In this document: positions 41,243 through 49,513 of the stretch, piece after piece
Layout of the letters: each line of letters begins with the position of its first letter
Position numbering within the stretch: the first letter of the stretch is position 1
Source of the DNA: Candidatus Melainabacteria bacterium 17Bon1m
GTDB lineage: Bacteria > Cyanobacteriota > Vampirovibrionia > Obscuribacterales > Obscuribacteraceae
Assembly (NCBI GenBank): GCA_032128875.1
Contig: JAVLKG010000002.1
Location: 608,001 to 672,000 of the forward strand
Direction of reading: 5' to 3'
Length of the DNA: 64,000 nt
The notes under the pieces: generated by a model
What the model was told of the DNA's origin: nothing
Databases searched by the model: none
The model's input: the letters and a program-made list of their open reading frames with translations, nothing else
Made by a program: the position numbers and the translations under genes

Positions 41243-41296
41243 CCTCCACAATTCCTCCATATTCTCCATCCTCAATACATCCTCTTTAAATAGGAT
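41243..41296 (+). promoter_or_regulatory. CTCCA direct-repeat operator plus -10 (copy A; candidate BaeR-like binding site)
   Basis: CCTCCACAATTCCTCCATATTCTCCATCCTC (41243-41273), then 17 nt, then TAGGAT (41291-41296). Confidence 0.8.
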
Positions 41297-41364
41297 TTCT
41301 ACATGGCGAAGCAGCCCCCGCGTTAAGCGCCTTGCGCCTTTTCCGTCCTCTGAGGATTGAGTTG

Positions 41365-42126
41365 ATGCAAATGAAATTTGAGTTCTTTGGCAGCAATGGT
41401 AAAACTCCAGGTTTTGCACGTCGTGTCTCTGCGCTTTTGGCAATTTCCGCACTTATGTTGGGTCAAAAGTGTTTTTCCGCGAACGAATCAGATACCTACC
41501 GCAACTGGCAAGCGACAGCAAAAACTACTCAGTTAGGGCAGCAGCTTCTGAGCATGATGAACGCAGTCTCGCGATCGATAAGCGTCAATCCGGCCGACAA
41601 ATATTCTCTATTTCGCCGAGCATATCTGTATGGAACGATTGGATGCACTGAATCAGCCTTGACTGATTTGACTCGAGTCATTGCAATCGATCCGAGCTTT
41701 GCTGCTGCCTACACCGAGCGAGCAAATTGCTACATGGATTTGAAGAACTACGAGCGCGCATTATTCGATCTAAATCGCGCGATTGTATTGGATCCACGAT
41801 CTGGTGATGCTCTTTATACTCGTGGTCGTTTGATGCTCCTAATGAATAAGCCGAGCCTTGCTCTCAATGATTTACGCCGCAGCCAGAGTAGTGAGTGTAA
41901 GTTTGCGCCTGCCTTACCGGGTGAACTGCCGGCTAATCACTATGACGCAACCGACTATTATCTTGGTGTTGCCTACGAGGCAATGGATAAAAAGGATGAT
42001 GCAATCAGGCATTTTCAAGCATCACTGAAAACTCCGCGACTGGGATCAGTTGGCTTCATCCATCGTTATGCGGATCAACCGCTTGATGCGAAGTACAGAG
42101 TGAGTATGTTGGAAAACGGGTATTGA
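41365..42126 (+). CDS. Secreted TPR protein
   Basis: GAGGA RBS before ATG 41365, signal-like segment, TPRs (AYTERANCYMDLKNYERAL, ALYTRGRL, YYLGVAYEAM). Confidence 0.85.
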   Translation: MQMKFEFFGSNGKTPGFARRVSALLAISALMLGQKCFSANESDTYRNWQATAKTTQLGQQLLSMMNAVSRSISVNPADKYSLFRRAYLYGTIGCTESALTDLTRVIAIDPSFAAAYTERANCYMDLKNYERALFDLNRAIVLDPRSGDALYTRGRLMLLMNKPSLALNDLRRSQSSECKFAPALPGELPANHYDATDYYLGVAYEAMDKKDDAIRHFQASLKTPRLGSVGFIHRYADQPLDAKYRVSMLENGY

Positions 42127-42512
42127 ACTGGAAACTCATAATTCTTGCACTATATATGATGCTCTTTATGAGTGTTCCAGCCGTTGCTTGCAATGAGAAT
42201 ACGAAGTTACAAACAAAATCTGCTTGCCAAAAGCAATCAGTAACCAAAAGACTTTTGGCGAGCAGAATATTTGTACCGACGCAGAAGGGACAGGTAGGAA
42301 CCAACAAAACTAGAAATGCAAAATTGGCTGCAGGCAGAAACAATACTTCGAGTCCATGGAAATTGTTGACGTCCTTGTACTCAGAAGAATCAGCCACCAA
42401 GCCAGCTGTCAGTTTTTGTAGCGCAAAAATCGAAAGAAAGTCCCTTCGATCAAAAGGTTCAAATTGCAGAAAGAATCCATGGCGTAAATTGAGCGAACTC
42501 TTTTCGTACTGA
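42123..42512 (+). CDS. Small basic secreted hypothetical protein with repeated PW-x2-L-x2-L-(Y/F)-S motif
   Basis: TTGA overlap with the upstream stop; signal peptide ending AVA-C; SPWKLLTSLYS and NPWRKLSELFS. Confidence 0.55.
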   Translation: MNWKLIILALYMMLFMSVPAVACNENTKLQTKSACQKQSVTKRLLASRIFVPTQKGQVGTNKTRNAKLAAGRNNTSSPWKLLTSLYSEESATKPAVSFCSAKIERKSLRSKGSNCRKNPWRKLSELFSY

Positions 42513-42546
42513 AGAATTTTTGTGTTGTTTGAACCTTTTCGACAAT

Positions 42547-43257
42547 TTATTCATTTCCGGCTTTCGCTTCGTAACGGTAGCCGACACCGTATACGGCGTG
42601 AATCAATTCCTGCCCTGGAAGAGCTTTTGCCAACTTCTTTCTGACGTTCTTAACATGGCTGTCGATCACTCTATCGAATACCATTTGTTCTTGCTGATAG
42701 CAAAGTTCCAACAACTGATTTCTCGAAAATACGCGTCCAGGTTTTGACACAAAGAGCTTGAGCAAGCGAAACTCTGTTGGCGTCAAATCGAGGACAATGC
42801 CATTGACTGTGATTCTGCCCTGGTCATCGTCTATCTTGAAGAGTTTGGACTCTGGCTCTGCACCACCAGCCGCACGCGATCTTCTGAAGACTGCTTTCAC
42901 GCGAGCGACTACTTCTCGCGGGCTAAATGGCTTGCAAATGTAATCATCTGCGCCGAGTTCAAGACCTAGTAATCTGTCTAATTCGTCAATTCGCGCGCTG
43001 ACAATTATGATTGGGACAAGTGAAAACTTTCGAATCTCTTTGCAAATTTCCAGACCATCTCCGCCTGGCAGCATCACATCCAGAAGAATAAGTGATGGCG
43101 GATTTTTGCGAACCAATTCGACGATTTTATCACCGCGATCCTGATGCTCGACGTCGAAACCATTTTGGCGAAGGTAGTCGGTGAGGATTTCGGCTATGCG
43201 CCTCTCATCCTCGACGATCAAAATTCTTTCCTTCTTTTCCGGCGCTTCAACCACCAC
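42547..43257 (-). CDS. BaeR-like OmpR family response regulator
   Basis: ILIVEDE..IAEILTDYL, LLDVMLPG.DG, LGLELGADDYICKPFSPREVVARVKA, LTPTEFRLL, DRVIDSHVKN.RKKL, VYGVGY. Confidence 0.93.
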   Translation of the reverse strand: MVVEAPEKKERILIVEDERRIAEILTDYLRQNGFDVEHQDRGDKIVELVRKNPPSLILLDVMLPGGDGLEICKEIRKFSLVPIIIVSARIDELDRLLGLELGADDYICKPFSPREVVARVKAVFRRSRAAGGAEPESKLFKIDDDQGRITVNGIVLDLTPTEFRLLKLFVSKPGRVFSRNQLLELCYQQEQMVFDRVIDSHVKNVRKKLAKALPGQELIHAVYGVGYRYEAKAGNE

Positions 43258-44356
43258 GAAGCCCTCTTGCAGTCGGCAGAACTACTTCTATTCTTATTCC
43301 ACCAAGGTCGGATTTAGACGCGGTAATGCTGCCTGAGTGTGCTTCAATGATCGTTTTACAAATTGCCAGACCCAATCCTGAGCCACCAAGCTCTCGGCTT
43401 CTTGATGCTTCTACTCTGAAAAAACGATCAAAGATTTTTGGAATAAGTTCTTCTGGAATGCCGGGCGGCGAATCGTCAAATCTCATCACAACCGCACTTG
43501 GTGATTTTTCCATCGATAATTTGAGTTTCCCGCCTTTGTCCGTGTACCTAAGCGAGTTTTCTAGCAGGTTGATAAAGACCTGGCGCATGCGATTGTTATC
43601 TGCATAGACAGTGCATGATTCGTTGAGGATAGCGCTTTTATCAATAGTCAGTCCTTTCTCGGCAAAGCGCTCTTCGAAGATTTCCGCGACATCTTGCAAT
43701 GTCGAGGCGACATCAATCGGAATGAATGAGTGTTTTAGATTGCCAACATCGAATCGTGCCAACCAATGCAAGTCATCGACTAGTTTGCTTAGACCCATAA
43801 TCTCTGCGTGTAACACCTGCAAAGTCTTTGGCGTTACTTCTTGCACGCCGTCTTGAAAGGCTTCCACCTGGGCGCGCAATATTGCAATCGGTGTGCGTAA
43901 TTCATGCGATGTATCTGCCATCCATTGCTTGTGGTTTTGGTCTTGATTGTTGAGAGATGCGGCCAGACTATTGAGTTCGTTTCCCAACTGACCGAATTCG
44001 TCAGAACGCAGATGTTCAATTCTTGTATTCACATCACCATCGACAAGCTTTCTCGTGCCTTCAGATATGGTGCGCACTCCCTCGGTCAAGTCTTTGGTTA
44101 GGAAATAGGTCGCAGCAAAAGTAACTGCAGAAACTCCAATACCAACTAAAAACAATTCGAAAGTTTGCTTATTGTCGAACTCTTGCCGAAGCTGTACGAG
44201 CTTCATTAAGTCATTCACCGAATGGAGCGCCTTTTCGTTGTATGCACTGATGTCCGGCCATAGTCCGAACGAAGCATAGATTACAAGTATTAGAAGAGTC
44301 GACAAAGAAACCGCAATTGCGGCAAACAGAAGTTTTTTTTCTACGTTGAGGTGCAT
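43247..44356 (-). CDS. BaeS-like sensor histidine kinase (2 TM, HAMP)
   Basis: MADTSHELRTPIAILRAQVEAFQDGV, LSKLVDDLHWL, NLLENSLRYTD.GG, FDDSPPG, RVEASRSR..GGSGLGL. ATG at 44356 lies 4 nt after the upstream stop. Confidence 0.92.
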   Translation of the reverse strand: MHLNVEKKLLFAAIAVSLSTLLILVIYASFGLWPDISAYNEKALHSVNDLMKLVQLRQEFDNKQTFELFLVGIGVSAVTFAATYFLTKDLTEGVRTISEGTRKLVDGDVNTRIEHLRSDEFGQLGNELNSLAASLNNQDQNHKQWMADTSHELRTPIAILRAQVEAFQDGVQEVTPKTLQVLHAEIMGLSKLVDDLHWLARFDVGNLKHSFIPIDVASTLQDVAEIFEERFAEKGLTIDKSAILNESCTVYADNNRMRQVFINLLENSLRYTDKGGKLKLSMEKSPSAVVMRFDDSPPGIPEELIPKIFDRFFRVEASRSRELGGSGLGLAICKTIIEAHSGSITASKSDLGGIRIEVVLPTARGLRGG

Positions 44357-44360
44357 GTTG

Positions 44361-46526
44361 TCAAACGTTGGCAGTCCACAGAGCATTCTTCTCTGGTATG
44401 CCATTATCTTCCCGCAAACCATAACCGGCAAGGGCTGCTTTGAGAATAGATTTTCCATTAACCTTCAGCTCCAGACCGACGACTCCCAGCGATTCGCACA
44501 TTCGAGCCTCCGTCTCAATCGTCCAATTGACTAATCCGAAGAGGAGTTTTGTTTTGTTTTCCCCCTTTTGGATCCATGTGTGTGATTCTGGATCCCAGTC
44601 GCGCCGATAACTAAAACGCAAACCTGGCTCAAAAGTTTTCAAAAGAGACCACAAGAATTTTGATGGGCCACTTGCAGGCAAAAGCCTTTTGGGCAGAAGG
44701 TCCTCCCATACGACTACACCCTCAACGAGCGGTGTAAGCCCAAGCGACATGATAAATGCGTCTAAAAGCAAATCTCCGGAACCTTGTCGATTGAAACACG
44801 CAAATAAGTCGTCAGAGCATAAGAAAGAAACGGTGGCATTGTTCTTCCCTTGCAAGTAAAACTGACCGTTCAAATCTAGGTTCACCTCTATTCTGCGCAC
44901 TTCGTCGCCTATTTCAAATTCATGTCGACAACCGACCGATAATCGCAGGGCGCGTTTTAATGCCGCATTGCAAGTAGGTTGACTAACCGATTGCAGCTCG
45001 TCAGGCTGGCAGAATAGCGAGAATGATCTCTTGTCGTTATTTGCATTTGCTGAATGAATCACGCCGGAAAGATGAAACGGAACAGTTCGACTGCCAAGCA
45101 CAAATGTTTCTTGCACGTGCATGTGTAAATGCGGCTGCGGCGAGCGGCCAGAGTTTCCCACCATAGCAAGAACCTGTCCGGGTGCCACCCAAGAGTTGAG
45201 AGCGACCTTTACGCTGTCTTTCTGCAGATGTGCGAGTAAGACATATGCTCCGGTAGTGATCTGAATGAGAATGAAGTTTCCCCAGTTATTAACAGTGTCT
45301 ACCTCACCGACAATGTTATCGGAGAGTGACGAAACGAATGCCACCACTCGCCCAAAACATGGTGACAAAACAGGCTTGCCATAAGCATAATAGTCTTCTA
45401 AATTGCGACCGTTGTCTTTGTAGCTCATCCCGTCCGCGGTTACGAAAAAGTCTAAAGCATGTTTCCACGCGGCCTGATGCGTATAGCTTCCGTCAAAGCC
45501 TTGATAAATACTCCACGAGCCGGAGAATGGAGCTTTTAATGAGATGCTGGTATCACTTAAACCTCTTGCGAGAGCTAAGCTCTTTTCTTCGATCGTCTTT
45601 TCCGGAAGCGCTGGTAAACGCAGCCAGAAATTGGTCCAGGGTCCGCCACGATAAGGCGCTAATGCAATCAGCACACCATATGTGGTGAGGACGAAAGGAG
45701 TTGCAAGAGCAGGTAACGATTCAATTGATAGTAGGCGCTCTACGCTCATTGACAATATTGCGCACAGTCCTGAAGCAACGAGAGCTACTGTTATGCTGCG
45801 TCTGCCGGGTGTTGTGTAGAGTCCGCCAATAACTGCACCAGTGAGCACCGCATTCATCTGTGCAATCAAGAAGGATATGGTGCCGGGGTAAAAACCTAAA
45901 CCAATTAAAACCAGATGTGAAATGGCGCAAGTTGCTGCTGCAATAAATGCAAGACAGGGAGAACCAATAAAAAACGCCAGGAACACAAGCAATCCACCAG
46001 TTGCGGTTCCATGAAAGTAAACGGAACCTAGTGGAGATAAGAATTTCAATGGGGTTTCTGTAAGCGGTAAACAGTCAAATACGATATTTGGCAGCGATGC
46101 TGGAATGCAAACCGTTGCCATCATAGGCAGCAACAAAAATGCGCACACTACATACGGCAGACCCAGCAATGGCAATCTAAAGTAGTGGCAGATTGTATCT
46201 CTCAAAATTGCACTTACGGCTACGATCAGCACGCAACCGACCGCAAGGAATACCATTACTTTTGCATCAACGAAGTATGTCGAACCCAGCAGCATTCCTA
46301 AAAGGATGCCATTTACGATTTCGACAGACTCATCCCATTTAGGAAGCTCGAGCAATTGTCTGATAAGAATTACCGTCGCACCGCCAAGGGCGCCCATCAA
46401 TCCAACCACTGGATTGAGCATAGTCGTTGTGAACAGCAATAAGTTCGTAGCTGGTTCTCTTAGCGCAAAAAAGGCACCATATCCAGACAGCAAACGTTTT
46501 AGAATTTCTACAACAGCTCGTATCAA
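44361..46526 (-). CDS. Urea-transporter-like membrane domain fused to an M23 metallopeptidase domain
   Basis: About 10 TM helices with NG.L.G and two LP boxes (LPLLGLPY, LPALATPF). Then THQAAWKHALDF, GKPVLSP..G.V, WGNFILI, LAHLQ, GQVLA.VGNSGRSPQPHLH.H, and an extra C-terminal domain. Confidence 0.88.
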   Translation of the reverse strand: MIRAVVEILKRLLSGYGAFFALREPATNLLLFTTTMLNPVVGLMGALGGATVILIRQLLELPKWDESVEIVNGILLGMLLGSTYFVDAKVMVFLAVGCVLIVAVSAILRDTICHYFRLPLLGLPYVVCAFLLLPMMATVCIPASLPNIVFDCLPLTETPLKFLSPLGSVYFHGTATGGLLVFLAFFIGSPCLAFIAAATCAISHLVLIGLGFYPGTISFLIAQMNAVLTGAVIGGLYTTPGRRSITVALVASGLCAILSMSVERLLSIESLPALATPFVLTTYGVLIALAPYRGGPWTNFWLRLPALPEKTIEEKSLALARGLSDTSISLKAPFSGSWSIYQGFDGSYTHQAAWKHALDFFVTADGMSYKDNGRNLEDYYAYGKPVLSPCFGRVVAFVSSLSDNIVGEVDTVNNWGNFILIQITTGAYVLLAHLQKDSVKVALNSWVAPGQVLAMVGNSGRSPQPHLHMHVQETFVLGSRTVPFHLSGVIHSANANNDKRSFSLFCQPDELQSVSQPTCNAALKRALRLSVGCRHEFEIGDEVRRIEVNLDLNGQFYLQGKNNATVSFLCSDDLFACFNRQGSGDLLLDAFIMSLGLTPLVEGVVVWEDLLPKRLLPASGPSKFLWSLLKTFEPGLRFSYRRDWDPESHTWIQKGENKTKLLFGLVNWTIETEARMCESLGVVGLELKVNGKSILKAALAGYGLREDNGIPEKNALWTANV

Positions 46527-46529
46527 TAT

Positions 46530-47969
46530 CTAACTCCTGCGAGCGCTTGTGCCACCGTTAAGCATCCGAGCCATCGCCGATGTGTCGGGAAAAGGCATTG
46601 AAAGATGTTCTGGCAGTCTGTCTTGTTGCATCATGACTGACAAGTCTTCACACATTCTGATGACTGAGCATTCACCGTTTTCGTGAACCAATACAACGTT
46701 TGGGCGATACTCAATAAATTGCATCCATTGAGTATTGTTGTACGCACCTACGGGACTGAAGACTAAGTTGTCTCCTTGTGAAAGTGGTGGCAGCTGAACG
46801 CTGTGTCGCATTACATCGATGTTCATGCAGAGCGGGCCGTAGAGCACCGTGTCCGCCACTGTCCCTTCTGAAGGTTTTGTTGTGTGTACCTGGTGGTTGT
46901 ACCAATAAGCGGTAAACAGCAAGTTTGTTCCGGCATCGAGAATTGCTGCACGTCGCCCGTCTAACAAACGCTTCGTTCCGACGACGCTGCATATCAGCGA
47001 CTGCGCATCATCGATGATGGCGCGACCACTTTCGAATATTAGTCTCGGTAATTCGCGTCCGATTTGACGTCTGTATTGCGTTCCTTCCAGAAGTGCAGTG
47101 CAAATAGCATCGGCGTATTCGTTGATGGATGGGACTACTTGCTCCGGAGGCAGATAAACACTTTGAAGTGCATTTTGAGACGCGAAGCCTCCACCGATGT
47201 CTATGGTATCAATGCAAAAGTCTTCATTACTTTCCAGCTCGCGCATGAATTTGCACATGATACGAACTTGTTCTGCATAAGCGCGAGGTTCTAAAATAAA
47301 GGTTCCGATGTGGCTGTGCAGACCTGTAAGATTTAGGTGGCTGCTGAGCGCAATCATTTTTGCTGCCTGATGAGCTTGCCCACTTTCTATATTGAAGCCA
47401 AACCGGCTCCATGGCTCAGTGTAGCCAGTGTCGAAGTTGAGCCGCAGAACCACAGGCACAACCTTGTCCTGCTCTTTTGCAACGTTCTCGATCAACTGTA
47501 ATTCGTCAAGATGGTCGACGTGGATTTGTGCACCTTCGGCGACCGCGCGTTCGATGATGAATTTGGGCTTGTTTGGACCATTGAAAATGATTTTGTTGGC
47601 TGGAACACCTAGGGCCCGCGCCTTCTCATATTCGAATGCAGAAACAACTTCTGCCCATGACCCTTCTTGGTGCATTATGTTGCAGACGGCGCTGATGTAG
47701 TTGGTTTTGTACGACCACCCGTGGACAACAGATCCATATCGCCTCTCAAATGCTTTTTTTGTATTCCTCAAATTGGTGCGTATCTGTTTTTCTGATGTAA
47801 CAAATAAAGGTGAACCAAATCGTCTCAGTAACTCGACTACGGGAACACCGTATACTGATGATTTGCTGTTGTCGTGCAAGCGAGCCCTGCCAAACTTATT
47901 GATCTCGCCCATTCGGTGCGGCTGAATGAAAGGCGGTTCCCACACAAGTTTTTTTGTGTCGTTGTTCAT
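46530..47969 (-). CDS. PLP-dependent fold-type III decarboxylase (diaminopimelate/ornithine decarboxylase-like)
   Basis: GSPLFV, WSYKTN (PLP Lys), EVVSAFE, FNGPNK, SRFGF, GLHSHIGT, DIGGGF, ESGR, GPLCMNID, GAY. Confidence 0.9.
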   Translation of the reverse strand: MNNDTKKLVWEPPFIQPHRMGEINKFGRARLHDNSKSSVYGVPVVELLRRFGSPLFVTSEKQIRTNLRNTKKAFERRYGSVVHGWSYKTNYISAVCNIMHQEGSWAEVVSAFEYEKARALGVPANKIIFNGPNKPKFIIERAVAEGAQIHVDHLDELQLIENVAKEQDKVVPVVLRLNFDTGYTEPWSRFGFNIESGQAHQAAKMIALSSHLNLTGLHSHIGTFILEPRAYAEQVRIMCKFMRELESNEDFCIDTIDIGGGFASQNALQSVYLPPEQVVPSINEYADAICTALLEGTQYRRQIGRELPRLIFESGRAIIDDAQSLICSVVGTKRLLDGRRAAILDAGTNLLFTAYWYNHQVHTTKPSEGTVADTVLYGPLCMNIDVMRHSVQLPPLSQGDNLVFSPVGAYNNTQWMQFIEYRPNVVLVHENGECSVIRMCEDLSVMMQQDRLPEHLSMPFPDTSAMARMLNGGTSARRS

Positions 47970-48004
47970 GTTTGAAAAATTGCTCCAATATTTTTTTTGA
48001 AATT

Positions 48005-49120
48005 TTAGGCAGACCGAATTATTTGGTCTTGCACCATTTGCGGTGCTAGTCTGCCTTCAGTTAATACTGTCTCAAATTCAGGCAGCGTTACAATGAGTTC
48101 TTGTGCGTGCCGGATGAAGAATGTCCCTGAGGTTGGCTCTGACAATTCCAGCTGGGTAGCTCCAGAAAGCAGCTTCAATACTGCAACCGGTAGATTTCTT
48201 CCAACGGCGTGACTTAAATAAATCCAGGAAGGAAATCTTGGGTTTATTTCTATAAGGTAGATTTTGCCGTCATAGCCTTTGATTACTTCGACCTCTAGCG
48301 GCCCTCGCCAACTCAGTGCACCAACAATCTTTTCTGCGACCTTTGTCAGTCCATCGTCAACGATACTTACACCTGCCCAAGCCTTTCCTTTCTCTGTCAA
48401 CGCCTTCTTCCGCATGGTTACAGCGCCAAGCATGTTTCCTTTTCCGTCGCCTACTGCCGCTAAATTGAGTTCATCGCCGATTACAAGTTTTTGCACCAAA
48501 ACCGGATAACCCCAAGTTGATACCAGTTTTGCAAAAATCGTTTTTGCTTCGAATGCTGAATGCACGACATAGGCATCATAGAAAAGCCCTTTCACGATGA
48601 GTGGATATTTCCATCCTTCTTTTTCGCAACTGTCGAAAAATGAAGGATTACTCAAAGCCTTACTTTCTGGGGCGTGTACATCTATTGATTCACAGAAGGT
48701 TCTCAGATGATTCTTCGCACGCAGATTGAATTGATCTCGAGTCGGAATCAACATAGAAATTCCCATCAATTGCAATTCGCTTTTTAGGCGCCCAAAATTC
48801 TGTAGTTCAGAATCCAGGCACGGAATAATTGCATCGAGTCCTTCCGCTCGATGAATTTGCGCGAGGCGATACAGCAGCGCTTCTTCTCCCTCTGACGGGT
48901 ACGGAATCAGGTAACTGTTGTTACATAGATGCCGGGCATAAAGCCCGGCATCCAGTGCGTCGTATCCCAACCCAATAATCGAACCTTTAAATTGAGGGTG
49001 TTCTTGAATGCATCGTGCAACCGCGCAGCCCGGACCCGGGTTTTCCGCCCGAGCATTGATGCCTGTCACTGCCACTTTACAGTTTTGCCAACTCTTGCCC
49101 TTCTGGCGCGTTGCCTTCAT
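48005..49120 (-). CDS. ATP-grasp (carboxylate-amine ligase) protein
   Basis: VAVTG...NPGPG.AVAR, IIPCLDSEL, YPLIVKG, YPVLVQ, GPLEVE, IEINPRFP.W. Confidence 0.9.
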   Translation of the reverse strand: MKATRQKGKSWQNCKVAVTGINARAENPGPGCAVARCIQEHPQFKGSIIGLGYDALDAGLYARHLCNNSYLIPYPSEGEEALLYRLAQIHRAEGLDAIIPCLDSELQNFGRLKSELQLMGISMLIPTRDQFNLRAKNHLRTFCESIDVHAPESKALSNPSFFDSCEKEGWKYPLIVKGLFYDAYVVHSAFEAKTIFAKLVSTWGYPVLVQKLVIGDELNLAAVGDGKGNMLGAVTMRKKALTEKGKAWAGVSIVDDGLTKVAEKIVGALSWRGPLEVEVIKGYDGKIYLIEINPRFPSWIYLSHAVGRNLPVAVLKLLSGATQLELSEPTSGTFFIRHAQELIVTLPEFETVLTEGRLAPQMVQDQIIRSA

Positions 49121-49389
49121 AGATATCTCCCAAGTTGCAGTATGAATGCTTCAACGCTGCTGGATGCAATTTCTGCAGGAATACCGCAGCGGTCTGCCAG
49201 TGAATTAGAGGCAACGTCCAGCGTACTGCCGCGCTTGAGCAAATCGAGCACTATCAAGCCAGTCGGGTTAACCGAGAAACTTTGTCCTGTCTGCGGGTCA
49301 AAAATAAAACCTGTTTCGCTAACAGCCAGTTGCGAGAGTCGCTCTCTCGACGGCACTTTCCCGCCTGTGCGACTCAGCAGTTCTTCCAT
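49117..49389 (-). CDS. PqqD family / RiPP recognition element (RRE) protein
   Basis: LAVSETGFIFDPQTGQSFSVNPTGLIVLDLLKRG...LADRCGI...VEAFILQL (3 strands + 3 helices). GGAGG RBS before ATG 49389; ATGA overlap with the ATP-grasp gene. Confidence 0.88.
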   Translation of the reverse strand: MEELLSRTGGKVPSRERLSQLAVSETGFIFDPQTGQSFSVNPTGLIVLDLLKRGSTLDVASNSLADRCGIPAEIASSSVEAFILQLGRYL

Positions 49390-49434
49390 CACCAGTTTTA
49401 CCTCCAGTGAAAGTGAAGCGCCTTCCACACTCGC

Positions 49435-49488
49435 ATCTTAGTAGGCGAGCATGGAGAGAGGATGGAAAATATGGAGGGATTGTGGAGG
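49435..49488 (-). promoter_or_regulatory. CTCCA direct-repeat operator plus -10 (copy B)
   Basis: Minus strand CCTCCACAATCCCTCCATATTTTCCATCCTC (49488-49458), then 17 nt, then TAAGAT (49440-49435). Confidence 0.8.
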
Positions 49489-49513
49489 CGGTGGTTTGAT
49501 GTCGGAAACTGCG

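Noticed and set aside
44357-44458. N-terminal extension of the BaeS-like kinase in the ORF track
   Set aside because: It would overlap the upstream gene by about 100 bp; ATG 44356, 4 nt after the stop, is more plausible. Several other track starts were shortened for similar reasons.
46530-47969. Housekeeping lysA
   Set aside because: The fold is right, but the SYKTN/CMNID variants and operon context differ from canonical DAP decarboxylase; gene symbol withheld.
49117-49389. PQQ biosynthesis (pqqD)
   Set aside because: No pqqA, B, C or E and no radical SAM gene in the window; the neighbours are ATP-grasp and decarboxylase genes.
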